Positions 8,963 to 17,445 of a DNA stretch of 61,361 nt are shown here, piece after piece. Positions within the stretch are counted from its first letter, which is position 1, and each line of letters starts with the position of its first letter. The position numbers were made by a program, and so were the translations under genes. The notes under the pieces were generated by a model. The model had not been told where the DNA came from and did no database searches. It saw only the letters and a list, made by a program, of their open reading frames with translations. This DNA comes from Pyrinomonadaceae bacterium (GTDB lineage Bacteria; Acidobacteriota; Blastocatellia; Pyrinomonadales; Pyrinomonadaceae): assembly GCA_046262195.1 (NCBI GenBank), contig JBHENG010000004.1, positions 1-61,361 of the forward strand, given 5' to 3'.

Positions 8963-9913
8963 TACAATTTTCCCTAATGCCGATCTATCCATAATTCGTG
9001 TGTGTGCCTCTGCCGCTTCGCTTAATTTGAGCACGTCACCAACAACTGGTTTAAGAGCACCCTCACTTATTCCATTAAAGATCGCCTGTTTGATCGAATC
9101 ACGGTCGGTTGTTGGCGTATTAAACAACGACATACCGTAGATAGTGACATCCTTTGTCATCGCCAGTCGCGGTGTGAAATCGAGCCTGCCGCGACTGCCT
9201 ACCACGACTATCCGGCCAAACATCGCCAGTGCGTTGAAGTCCTTTTCGAGGTTTTCGTTTGCAAGCATCTCAACGATTACATCCACCCCGACTCCGGCTG
9301 TCGCGGTTTTGATCGCTTCAAAATGTGAAGGGTCGTTGTGGTCGAAGGCGAACTGGGCTCCTTCATTTAGTACAAGATCAAATCCTTTTTTTGAGCCCGC
9401 TGTACCGATGACAGTGACGCCTTTCGAACGCGCCCACTGCATGGAGGCGATACCCACCCCGCCAGAGGCCCCGTGCACTAAAAGTGTTTCTGCATCCTTA
9501 ATTGCCGCTTTCTGGAATAGAGCTCTATAAGCCGTAGCATATGGTGTCCATATACCAGCCCCTTGCTCAAAGCTGACTCTTTCAGGTAAATGCCCCAGCT
9601 GCTCGATTGTGCATACTGCAAATTCCGCATACGTACCTGTCATCGAATCAGCAGTGTACACGCGGTCGCCGGGGGCAAAGTCAGTTACTCTTTTACCCAC
9701 GGACTCAATCACACCTGCCGCATCTTTCCCGGGCGTATAAGGGAGCTGGGGAGCGTGCGCGTGATTTCCGCTACGAAGATACGTGTCCACCGGGTTTACT
9801 CCGACAGCTTTTACACGTACCAGGACTTCAACGTCAGAGATCGTCGGCACGGGCACATCGATGAGATTGAGGACTTCAGGACCTCCGAACTCAGTAACAA
9901 CAACGGCCTTCAT
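8951..9913 (-). CDS. qor: NADPH:quinone oxidoreductase / zeta-crystallin-like medium-chain dehydrogenase
   Basis: 320 aa. MKAVVV..GGPEVL.., GVNPVDTY and VHGASGGVG (Rossmann) are present. It starts 3 nt after the glmS stop. Confidence 0.75.
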   Translation of the reverse strand: MKAVVVTEFGGPEVLNLIDVPVPTISDVEVLVRVKAVGVNPVDTYLRSGNHAHAPQLPYTPGKDAAGVIESVGKRVTDFAPGDRVYTADSMTGTYAEFAVCTIEQLGHLPERVSFEQGAGIWTPYATAYRALFQKAAIKDAETLLVHGASGGVGIASMQWARSKGVTVIGTAGSKKGFDLVLNEGAQFAFDHNDPSHFEAIKTATAGVGVDVIVEMLANENLEKDFNALAMFGRIVVVGSRGRLDFTPRLAMTKDVTIYGMSLFNTPTTDRDSIKQAIFNGISEGALKPVVGDVLKLSEAAEAHTRIMDRSALGKIVLVL

Positions 9914-9916
9914 AAG

Positions 9917-11779
9917 CTATTCGACGGTCACGGACTTTGCGAGATTACGAGGTTGATCGACATCACACCCACGGCGGACAGCGATGTAGTAAGACAAAAG
10001 TTGTAAAGGAACGATCGATAAAATAGGCCCGAGAAGATCGGAGGTCTTAGGTATTTCGATAATGTGATTCGCGACCTTAGAACTCATCGAGTCCCCCTCG
10101 GTAAGAACAGCGATGACGATGCCGTCGCGTGCTTTGACCTCGACGATATTTGAGTGGGTTTTCTCGTATCGCAATTCGCTGCCGGGCTCCCCATCTTCCC
10201 GGGTGTTGACCACAACCACCGGTAGTTTTTCATCGATCAAAGCGTTGGGTCCGTGTTTCATTTCTCCGGCCGGGTACCCTTCCGCATGAATATAGCTGAT
10301 CTCTTTTAATTTCAAAGCACCTTCGAGCGCAACAGGAAAATTGATTCCGCGACCTAAGTACAAGAAGTCCTGAACGCGAAAGTATTCGCGAGACAGTTCT
10401 TCAATGAGATCTGCATCGTTCAGCAATTGCTCGATCTTCAGCGGAAGTTGAGCCAGGTCCTGCGCAAGTTTCCTGGCCTTCGCATCATCAATGACCCCTC
10501 TTAACTGGCCAAGAAATAAGGCGAATAGGTAAAGGGCGATCATCTGAGATGTAAACGCCTTCGTTGAGGCAACACCTATTTCGGGCCCGGCATGGGTCAA
10601 AATTGTTCCATCGGCCTCCCTTGTGATCATCGAGCCGTGCACATTGCAGATCGCGAGGACTTTACAACGGGACTCTTTCGCCTGTCGCATTGCTGCAATA
10701 GTATCCGCTGTCTCACCGGACTGGGAGATAACGATCATTAGATCAGTCTCTGCGAGCACGGGATCCCTGTATCGAAACTCGGAGGCATAATCAACTTCTA
10801 CGGGGACGCGGGCTAGTTGCTCTAACATGTATTTGCCAGCCAATCCGGCGTGCCAGGATGTCCCGCAAGCCGCGATTTTAACTGACGTTACCCCAACGAA
10901 ATCTTCCGTCGAGATGTCCATCTGATCTAAATAGACCTTTCCGGTATCAAGCGAGATACGCCCTTGCGAAGTATCGCGGACTGCTCGCGGCTGCTCATAG
11001 ATCTCCTTGAGCATGAAGTGCTTAAAGCCGCCTTTTTCGGCCATTATAGGATCCCAAGTGATCCGCTGCTGGTGCGGCTCAACAACGTTACCCTGGAAAT
11101 CCGTAACCCTAACCGACTCTTTGGTGAGGACCGCGATCTCCCGATCACCCAAAAAGAAAACGTCCCGAGTATGCTGAAGTATCGGCGGTATGTCGGAAGC
11201 TACAAAAAACTCCCCATCGCCAAGACCTATAACGACTGGTGGGCCTTCACGAGCGGCAATTATCGTGTCCGGCTCGTCCACAGAGATAATTGCCAGTGCA
11301 AAGATCCCTTTGAGTTCGAGCAAAGTTTCTCGAACGGCGAGTTCGAGCGACAACCCCTTGGTGTCGATATAATGGCCGATCAAGTGTGCGACCACTTCCG
11401 TGTCCGTCTCGGTTTTGAATTCGTGTCCCTCTGCGGCCAGCCGGTCTTTCAGGGCTATGTAGTTTTCGATGATACCGTTGTGAACGACAACTACATTTCC
11501 CGACTGATCCCTATGCGGGTGAGCATTTTCCTCGGTCGGACGGCCATGGGTCGCCCAACGGGTGTGGCCGATGCCGTAGTTGCCATCCAAGGGATTCAAC
11601 CGAATGCACTCTTCGAGGTTACGAAGCTTTCCCTCGGCTCTCCGAAGCGAGAGGTGATGCCCCTCGTCGACCACAGCTATTCCAGCGGAGTCGTAGCCGC
11701 GGTATTCGAGTTTTCGCAATCCTTCGATTATTAGAGGTACGACCTGTTTATTTCCAACATAACCGACAATTCCACACAT
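9917..11779 (-). CDS. glmS: glutamine--fructose-6-phosphate aminotransferase
   Basis: MCGIVGY N-terminal nucleophile, two SIS domains and the C-terminal ..NLAKSVTVE. Confidence 0.95.
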   Translation of the reverse strand: MCGIVGYVGNKQVVPLIIEGLRKLEYRGYDSAGIAVVDEGHHLSLRRAEGKLRNLEECIRLNPLDGNYGIGHTRWATHGRPTEENAHPHRDQSGNVVVVHNGIIENYIALKDRLAAEGHEFKTETDTEVVAHLIGHYIDTKGLSLELAVRETLLELKGIFALAIISVDEPDTIIAAREGPPVVIGLGDGEFFVASDIPPILQHTRDVFFLGDREIAVLTKESVRVTDFQGNVVEPHQQRITWDPIMAEKGGFKHFMLKEIYEQPRAVRDTSQGRISLDTGKVYLDQMDISTEDFVGVTSVKIAACGTSWHAGLAGKYMLEQLARVPVEVDYASEFRYRDPVLAETDLMIVISQSGETADTIAAMRQAKESRCKVLAICNVHGSMITREADGTILTHAGPEIGVASTKAFTSQMIALYLFALFLGQLRGVIDDAKARKLAQDLAQLPLKIEQLLNDADLIEELSREYFRVQDFLYLGRGINFPVALEGALKLKEISYIHAEGYPAGEMKHGPNALIDEKLPVVVVNTREDGEPGSELRYEKTHSNIVEVKARDGIVIAVLTEGDSMSSKVANHIIEIPKTSDLLGPILSIVPLQLLSYYIAVRRGCDVDQPRNLAKSVTVE

Positions 11780-11860
11780 AATAATTACGTTTCTAGTGAA
11801 GTGCGATTCGAATCATTATTCCCGCGATACACCAAATAACGCCATAATAGCCGAGACTTT

Positions 11861-12187
11861 TTAGACCGAGTGGTAAATTTCGTGCACGACAGTCAATATC
11901 GATTCCTCACCGGTTGCCTCAAGGGCGACAGCTTTCAAACCGTCCGTGTACTGGGCTAGAGCCTGAAAATTCTGATCGAGGTCGAACGGCGTATCTGCAT
12001 AAATGAGGTTGATGCCTTCGGTCTCTGGAATGCCTTCGGACGTTAGATAAGAACCTTTAGTTTCCGGGACTACGGTGCAGCCGCCGAATGTGTATAGAAA
12101 TTCGCGTTCCAGAACGGTCCGGAGCCGGCCCTGAAAGAGACCGCTCGGAAGATAGATCTCAATTCTTGCTCTTTTGGACAGCGGCAA
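11861..12187 (-). CDS. hypothetical 108-aa protein between glmU and glmS
   Basis: Intact ORF on the same strand as its neighbours. Its start overlaps the glmU 3' end by 29 nt. I recognise no motif. Confidence 0.45.
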   Translation of the reverse strand: MPLSKRARIEIYLPSGLFQGRLRTVLEREFLYTFGGCTVVPETKGSYLTSEGIPETEGINLIYADTPFDLDQNFQALAQYTDGLKAVALEATGEESILTVVHEIYHSV

Positions 12188-13670
12188 TAAATTTCTCCTT
12201 TCGCTCCGCGAAGCTATTCATCCTCGATATGGATGCCTCCCCAGAAACCCGTTCGGGAGATCGCTTTTGATGTGACGAGGTTTCACCAGTCATAGGGGAA
12301 GTCTCTTTTCTCTTTTTCACTGCGGCCGGTACGCCGGCGACCAAAGTGCCGGCCTCCACATCCTTCGTCACAACACTCCCGGCGGCCGTTGCAGAACCAT
12401 CACCAACCGTAACCGGAGCGACTAGCATTGTATCTGAGCCTATCTTGACTCCTGAGCCGATACGGGTCTCGTGTTTGTTCGTTCCATCGTAATTACAGGT
12501 GACGGTCCCGGCACCGATGTTGGTATTCTCGCCGATAATGGCGTCGCCCAGGTATGTGAGGTGGCTCGCCTTCGATCCGGCGCCAAGAGTAGTCTTCTTT
12601 AGCTCGACAAAATTACCCACCTTGGAGCCGGCGATCATCGAAGCTTTTCCGCGAAGATGCGCCATCGGGCCTACGGTGCAGTCGTCACCTATGGATGAAT
12701 CAACGATCAGGCAATTATCGCGGATCTCAACGGCGTTTCCGATGATCGAGTCTACGATTCGGGTGCCGGAACGCAGGACGCAACCGTCGCCAATAACGCT
12801 CTTTCCTTCAATGGTGACGTTTGGGTAAAGGACTGTGTCGCGACCGAGAGTCGAGCGCCTGCTGACGTATGTTGACGGTGGGTCGACCAGTGTGACGCCA
12901 TCTTTCAACATCAAACGCGTCCGCGTCCTTTGACGAAAGTTCTCTTCCATATCGGCCAATTGCCGTCGGTCATTCACGCCTTCGACCTCAGCGGGGTCGC
13001 TGCATTGAAAGATCGCAACGTCATCATTCTGCTGGCTAAGTATCCCCGGCACGTCGGTGAGATAAAACTCGCCCTGAGCGTTGTCCTTGTTGACCTGCGA
13101 AAGAGCAGCAAATAACTTTTTGCTGTTAAAACAGTAAATACCAGAGTTTATTTCATCGACTTGCTTGTCGTCATCGCTCGCGTCTTTCTGTTCGACAACC
13201 CGTTTGAAGAGGCCGTTATCGCCGCGGATGATCCGGCCGTACCCCGTGGGGTTCTCCAGTCGGACACTCAGAATGGTGCATGCGGCACCGCCTCCCCGGA
13301 ACTCTTCGTGCAGCTTTGTCAGCTCGGTCAGAGTCTGGCTCGTGATCATTGGGACGTCCCCGGAGAGAATGAGTAACGCGGAACTGTCTTTCTCCAGGAA
13401 CCGGCGACATGAATTGACCGCATCCCCCGTACCAAGCTGCTTTTCCTGTCTGACAAATGTTACGAAACTGCTGTCGAACTCACTGAGTACGCCGGCCTTG
13501 ACCTGCGCATCCTGATGCCCAACAACAACAAAGACTTTCTCCAGCGCCAACGCCAACGCCGTTTCAAGCACATGATTTATCAGGGGCCGGCCGTCTAATT
13601 CATGCAGGACCTTAGCTCGGTTGGACCTCATTCGAGTGCCAAGGCCGGCGGCCATGATCAATACGTTCAT
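12159..13670 (-). CDS. glmU: bifunctional UDP-N-acetylglucosamine pyrophosphorylase / glucosamine-1-phosphate N-acetyltransferase, with an extra basic C-terminal tail
   Basis: MAAGLGTRMRS nucleotidyltransferase signature and a long hexapeptide-repeat (LbH) domain. About 50 residues (..KKRKETSPMTGETSSHQKRSPER..) extend beyond where GlmU normally ends. Confidence 0.9.
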   Translation of the reverse strand: MNVLIMAAGLGTRMRSNRAKVLHELDGRPLINHVLETALALALEKVFVVVGHQDAQVKAGVLSEFDSSFVTFVRQEKQLGTGDAVNSCRRFLEKDSSALLILSGDVPMITSQTLTELTKLHEEFRGGGAACTILSVRLENPTGYGRIIRGDNGLFKRVVEQKDASDDDKQVDEINSGIYCFNSKKLFAALSQVNKDNAQGEFYLTDVPGILSQQNDDVAIFQCSDPAEVEGVNDRRQLADMEENFRQRTRTRLMLKDGVTLVDPPSTYVSRRSTLGRDTVLYPNVTIEGKSVIGDGCVLRSGTRIVDSIIGNAVEIRDNCLIVDSSIGDDCTVGPMAHLRGKASMIAGSKVGNFVELKKTTLGAGSKASHLTYLGDAIIGENTNIGAGTVTCNYDGTNKHETRIGSGVKIGSDTMLVAPVTVGDGSATAAGSVVTKDVEAGTLVAGVPAAVKKRKETSPMTGETSSHQKRSPERVSGEASISRMNSFAERKEKFIAAVQKSKN

Positions 13671-13704
13671 ATGCAGCAGTTTAACGGTTTACGAGCACTG
13701 ACCT

Positions 13705-14736
13705 TCAAGCAAACACCTCTTTCATGGGCCGGGCGGCACATAACAAAAGCACCTGAGCAAGCTTTTCCGGGTTATGCCGGACCATCTCGGCATCGTCCAA
13801 CAGGTTACCATAAATGACTTCTGCCGCCTCGATCGTTTCCGGGGCCAGGGAGCCGCCCACGCCGATCTGCACTGCCCCTTCGCCCCTATATTTAGCTAAC
13901 TGAAGTTCGCTGATCGGGTAGTTATTCACTAGAACGTAATCGAATGCTATTGCGGGTGCGTGTGCTCGTATGATTTCGAGATGCTGACGAGAGGTAAAGC
14001 CGTCTGTCTCGCCCGGCTGTGTCATCAGATTACATATGAAAACTTTGATCGCCCCGGATCGTGCGATCGACTCTGCGACACCGTCTACCAAAAGGGGGGG
14101 CAGGAGGCTGGTGAATAGCGAGCCAGGACCGATCGTTATGATATCGGCCTCTTGAATGGCTTCAAGAGCCTCTACCATCGGTTTACTGCCTTTCGGTTCG
14201 AGGTACAAATGCTCAATAGAACTGCCAACCTTGCCGATCTGGGTCTCGCCCCGTGTTATTGATCCGTCTTTCAGCCGGGCCGCAAGCCGCACGTCTGCCA
14301 CCGTCGCGGGGTAAATGTGACCCTTACTGGCAAGGATCTCTGACGAAAGTTTCACGGCTTCGGCAAAGTCGCCCGTGATCTCGGTCAGCGCAGCCAGGAA
14401 GATATTGCCGAAGCTATGGCCTCCCAGATCCCCCTCACCTCGAAACCTGTGTTGAAATAACTGTGAGAGCAACCGCGAATCTTCAGACAAAGCCACCATG
14501 CAGTTGCGGATGTCACCTGGAGGTAGCATTTGTAGCTCCTCACGCAGGCGCCCAGAGCTGCCGCCATCATCAGTGACGGCGACGATGGCAGATAACCTGG
14601 CTAGCCAGGCCGGTGCCGAATTCTCGGCGTGCACAAATCTCTTGAGCCCTGCCAAAACAGTTGCCAGTCCATTCCCCCCGCCAATTGCGACGAAATTCAG
14701 CCCCGCGGGTTCATCCGAAAAGAGATGGTGCTTCAT
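13705..14736 (-). CDS. yvcK: YvcK/GlmR (CofD-like, UPF0052) family protein
   Basis: Motifs AIGGGNGL, VTDDGGSSGRLR and PPGDIRNC are typical of the YvcK/CofD-like family. Confidence 0.85.
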   Translation of the reverse strand: MKHHLFSDEPAGLNFVAIGGGNGLATVLAGLKRFVHAENSAPAWLARLSAIVAVTDDGGSSGRLREELQMLPPGDIRNCMVALSEDSRLLSQLFQHRFRGEGDLGGHSFGNIFLAALTEITGDFAEAVKLSSEILASKGHIYPATVADVRLAARLKDGSITRGETQIGKVGSSIEHLYLEPKGSKPMVEALEAIQEADIITIGPGSLFTSLLPPLLVDGVAESIARSGAIKVFICNLMTQPGETDGFTSRQHLEIIRAHAPAIAFDYVLVNNYPISELQLAKYRGEGAVQIGVGGSLAPETIEAAEVIYGNLLDDAEMVRHNPEKLAQVLLLCAARPMKEVFA

Positions 14737-14899
14737 TTTTTGACAGCGGGAATTGCAAATGGCGGGCGAGTCTTTACTGATCCACCGTCAATGCTCGACG
14801 GGTTTGACCAATGAATATTAACATTCTCAGACCCCGTAATCAACGACTTTCGCACCGTCATCGCGGCCCCTGCTCCTCTACAATCGTACTAAAAAATAC

Positions 14900-14928
14900 T
14901 TGTTCATTCTTGCATCATTGTGTTAAAT
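14900..14928 (+). promoter_or_regulatory. candidate promoter for mglBA (TTGTTC-17 nt-TTAAAT, TG-extended)
   Basis: TTGTTC at 14900-14905 and TTAAAT at 14923-14928, preceded by TG. It lies about 100 nt upstream of the mglB ATG. Confidence 0.3.
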
Positions 14929-15028
14929 TTAGTTTTGCGGCTTCATCTTCGAGGCCCATCCATTGCCGCTGCCAATACAATTCATTTGATCAGTCATTCC
15001 CCGTCGGTTATTCACACGAGAACATCCA

Positions 15029-15511
15029 ATGGCAGAAACGCCTTTTATCTTGCAAGAACATCAGTTTCAGAGGCTTAAGACCGTCCTGGCGAGGCTTTGT
15101 GTAGAGTGCGCCGCACGCGTCGTTTTTCTGATCGACAGAGATGGTCAGCCAATTGCCTTTCACGGCCAGATTGGAAACATGGATACGACCAGCTTTGCGT
15201 CACTTGCTGCCGGGAACGTCGCTGCGACGAGCAGCATGGCTAAGCTCATCGGGGAAGACGCTTTTCCCTCGGTTTTTCACGAGGGAGAACGAGAAAGCAT
15301 ATTTATCAGTATAATTGGCCGAAGCCTGTTGGTCGTGGTTTTCGACGAGCGTTCAACGCTCAGCCTCGTAAAGATCAGAACAAAACGCGGCAGTTTCGAG
15401 GTCGCGTCCATCCTCGATGAGGCCACTGTTGACTCCGCGAATTTCAGGATCAATAACAGTTCGTTTTTCTCGGAGATCACCGACGAAGATATCGATAGTT
15501 TGTTCAGCTAG
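15029..15511 (+). CDS. mglB: Roadblock/LC7-domain GTPase-activating protein MglB
   Basis: 160 aa. The core ..VVFLIDRDGQPIA..DTTSFASLAAGNVAA..KLIGEDAFP..FHEG.. and the acidic tail ..EITDEDIDSLFS closely resemble Myxococcus MglB as I recall it. Confidence 0.85.
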   Translation: MAETPFILQEHQFQRLKTVLARLCVECAARVVFLIDRDGQPIAFHGQIGNMDTTSFASLAAGNVAATSSMAKLIGEDAFPSVFHEGERESIFISIIGRSLLVVVFDERSTLSLVKIRTKRGSFEVASILDEATVDSANFRINNSSFFSEITDEDIDSLFS

Positions 15512-15518
15512 TACGGTG

Positions 15519-15676
15519 GTGAATGGTAAATCGTAAATGGTCAATAGTGAAAAATGCGACCTTATGAAAGTTTGGAATTGATTACTGGTCTATCCAAGCA
15601 CCTTAAGGCCAAACTCTGACGATTTACGCTTTACCATTTTCCATTCACCATTTACCATTTACCATTTACCATTCAC
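15519..15676. repeat. heptamer-periodic inverted-repeat element in the mglB-mglA spacer
   Basis: The left arm (15519-15556) is GTGAATG GTAAATC GTAAATG GTCAATA GTGAAAA. The right arm (15620-15675) is 8 tandem 7-mers (CGATTTA CGCTTTA CCATTTT CCATTCA CCATTTA x3 CCATTCA). The reverse complement of the right arm matches the left arm at 30 of 33 positions, plus 6 more after a 3-nt bulge. Confidence 0.85.
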
Positions 15677-15682
15677 TGACCT

Positions 15683-16267
15683 ATGACATTCATTAATTAC
15701 GCCTCACGCGAGATTAATTGCAAGATTGTTTATTATGGCCCCGGTCTATGTGGCAAGACCACCAATCTCCAATACATATATGATTCCACCGCTCCGCAAG
15801 CAAAAGGAAAGCTGATCAGTCTCGCGACAGAGACCGACAGAACATTGTTCTTTGATTTTATGCCGCTGGAATTGGGAACAGTTCGCGGCTTCAAGACGCG
15901 ATTTCATCTGTATACCGTTCCAGGTCAGGTTTATTATGACGCTTCAAGGAAGCTCATCCTGAAAGGTGTCGATGGCGTCGTTTTTGTCGCCGACAGTCAG
16001 GAAGAGCGCATGGATGCAAATATCGAGTCACTTTTTAACCTCGAAGAAAACCTCCAGACGCAGGGCTATGATCTGAACCAGATACCCTATGTGCTGCAAT
16101 TGAACAAGCGGGATCTGCCAAATGTTACTCCTGTCGAAGAACTGTCGTCGGAACTGTCACGAAAGGGAGAACCAGTTTTCGAAGCAGTTGCCACGAACGG
16201 CGCGGGAGTTTTCGACACTCTAAAAGCTGTGGCTAAGCAAGTGCTCACGGAACTAAGAAAAGGCTGA
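15683..16267 (+). CDS. mglA: Ras-like small GTPase MglA
   Basis: The N-terminus ..[30 protein letters not shown].. and [22 protein letters not shown] are essentially the Myxococcus MglA signature. Confidence 0.95.
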   Translation: MTFINYASREINCKIVYYGPGLCGKTTNLQYIYDSTAPQAKGKLISLATETDRTLFFDFMPLELGTVRGFKTRFHLYTVPGQVYYDASRKLILKGVDGVVFVADSQEERMDANIESLFNLEENLQTQGYDLNQIPYVLQLNKRDLPNVTPVEELSSELSRKGEPVFEAVATNGAGVFDTLKAVAKQVLTELRKG

Positions 16268-16597
16268 TCAAGCCTAATTAAAGTAAAAATCAAAATGAGG
16301 GATGAACCGGTCATCTCTCTTTTGCTTTTTAAAGACTTGACCAAGGTGAATCGCGTTAACCCAATACCGTAAGGTGAGTTGAGGCGTGTTTGCTCGTTTT
16401 GGGGGAAATGGTTAGCGGCCCGTATCCACCAACTAACAAGAGCAGGCGTGAAAAAGAACGCCCAATGGAGATGTTCTGGCTGAGTTCCAAAAAAATTGAA
16501 ATGTTTTGGCCCGGTTCTCCACTCTCTAGTGAAAACACAATATTTCAGGACGCGTAGAGATGTCCTGACCAGTAAATAACAACAAAGGAGATCCGAA

Positions 16598-17260
16598 ATG
16601 AAAAAAGTTGCCCTAGCCATATTGTTCCTAGCCATGACAGCCGTGACCGGTTCCGCTTTTGGGCAGAAACCGGGCAATACGGTCGTCACCAGCACGATCG
16701 CCGATTCTGACGCCAATTTTATTCCGCTTAGTATTCAGAGCGACCTGCTGGGAGCCTATCTAAACGGTTCGGATTCAGTCGAATCGCAGATCCAGGGGGT
16801 CGGCGACTGGGAGTTGAACATGCTCGGTTCCGCGACCAGGCGAGTCAACGTGAATTTCGACGACCTCGTCGCCGGCTCAAACCCTAACAACCTGCCGGCA
16901 CCGACGAGCGGTTACCACCCGGTTCGTTTTATCACGCAATGCGGAGTGTATGGCTCAAACCTGCTGAACCTGACAACGGTGGGCCAAACTGCCACGTGCG
17001 GGATGATCGTTAGGGTGAACATAGGCAGTGACGGTTTTTCGCTGCGGTTCTATTCCCAAAATTTCCCGGGGTCTGACAATATTTCCGTCGCGTGTACCGC
17101 AGTTGCGAGCGGGAAATGCAGTGGTTGGCGGACGCAAAGCCCTAACGGGACCGGCAAGCTGATCGCGCAGGTTTACAAGGTCACGACGGTGAAAGGGAAG
17201 ACGGTACTGACTGATTACGGCAAATACCGGTTCTCATTCGATATTTCGTTCGCAAAGTAG
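16598..17260 (+). CDS. secreted hypothetical protein (beta-rich, 4 Cys)
   Basis: AAGGAG RBS 7 nt upstream. The signal peptide MKKVALAILFLAMTAVTGSAFGQ is followed by a mature part rich in G/S/T/N/V. Confidence 0.7.
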   Translation: MKKVALAILFLAMTAVTGSAFGQKPGNTVVTSTIADSDANFIPLSIQSDLLGAYLNGSDSVESQIQGVGDWELNMLGSATRRVNVNFDDLVAGSNPNNLPAPTSGYHPVRFITQCGVYGSNLLNLTTVGQTATCGMIVRVNIGSDGFSLRFYSQNFPGSDNISVACTAVASGKCSGWRTQSPNGTGKLIAQVYKVTTVKGKTVLTDYGKYRFSFDISFAK

Positions 17261-17445
17261 GTTCGCCCCGTATGCGTGATTTCCGTGTGAATGGAAACTC
17301 CAATGTGTTATGCTTCGGCCAATTCAAAAAAAAATGATCGTGGACGAGCGGCGGCTAAAATCGCCGCTTGTCGATATTTCCAGTTCCAACCCCATCGCCG
17401 CGGTTTATGAGGTCTCGGATTGAGGACTTTTTTCAGGAGTCAGGT

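Noticed and set aside
11780-11860. Possible glmS ribozyme upstream of glmS.
   Set aside because: The gap is only 81 nt, far shorter than the ~170-nt ribozyme, and I could not find the conserved core.
14811-15104. A 97-aa plus-strand ORF upstream of and overlapping mglB.
   Set aside because: It is out of frame with mglB, overlaps its start, and has a Cys/Ser/Arg-rich composition. The region is better explained as the mglBA promoter and leader.
15620-15675. The tandem short repeats, considered as a CRISPR array.
   Set aside because: The units are 7 nt and directly abutting with no spacers. No cas genes are present in the window.
16087-16716. A 209-aa minus-strand ORF bridging the mglA 3' end, the 330-nt intergenic gap and the start of the secreted-protein gene.
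   Set aside because: It overlaps two well-supported plus-strand genes at both ends. It has no RBS and its sequence looks non-protein-like.
16598-17260. The secreted proteins in the window (16598, 42292, 44765, 892), considered as exosortase substrates.
   Set aside because: None ends with a PEP motif followed by a hydrophobic helix and a basic tail. Their C-termini are ..DISFAK, ..GTLRGRS, ..ETAVTP and ..IFTPAK.
16268-17445. ECF-type promoter motifs (GGAAC-N16/17-CGT) ahead of the secreted-protein or CHAT genes, for example GGAAAC at 17293-17298 and TGAACC at 16303-16308.
   Set aside because: The -10 partners are poor (CGGCC, CTTTT). I cannot distinguish these sequences from chance without the sigma factor's known target motif.
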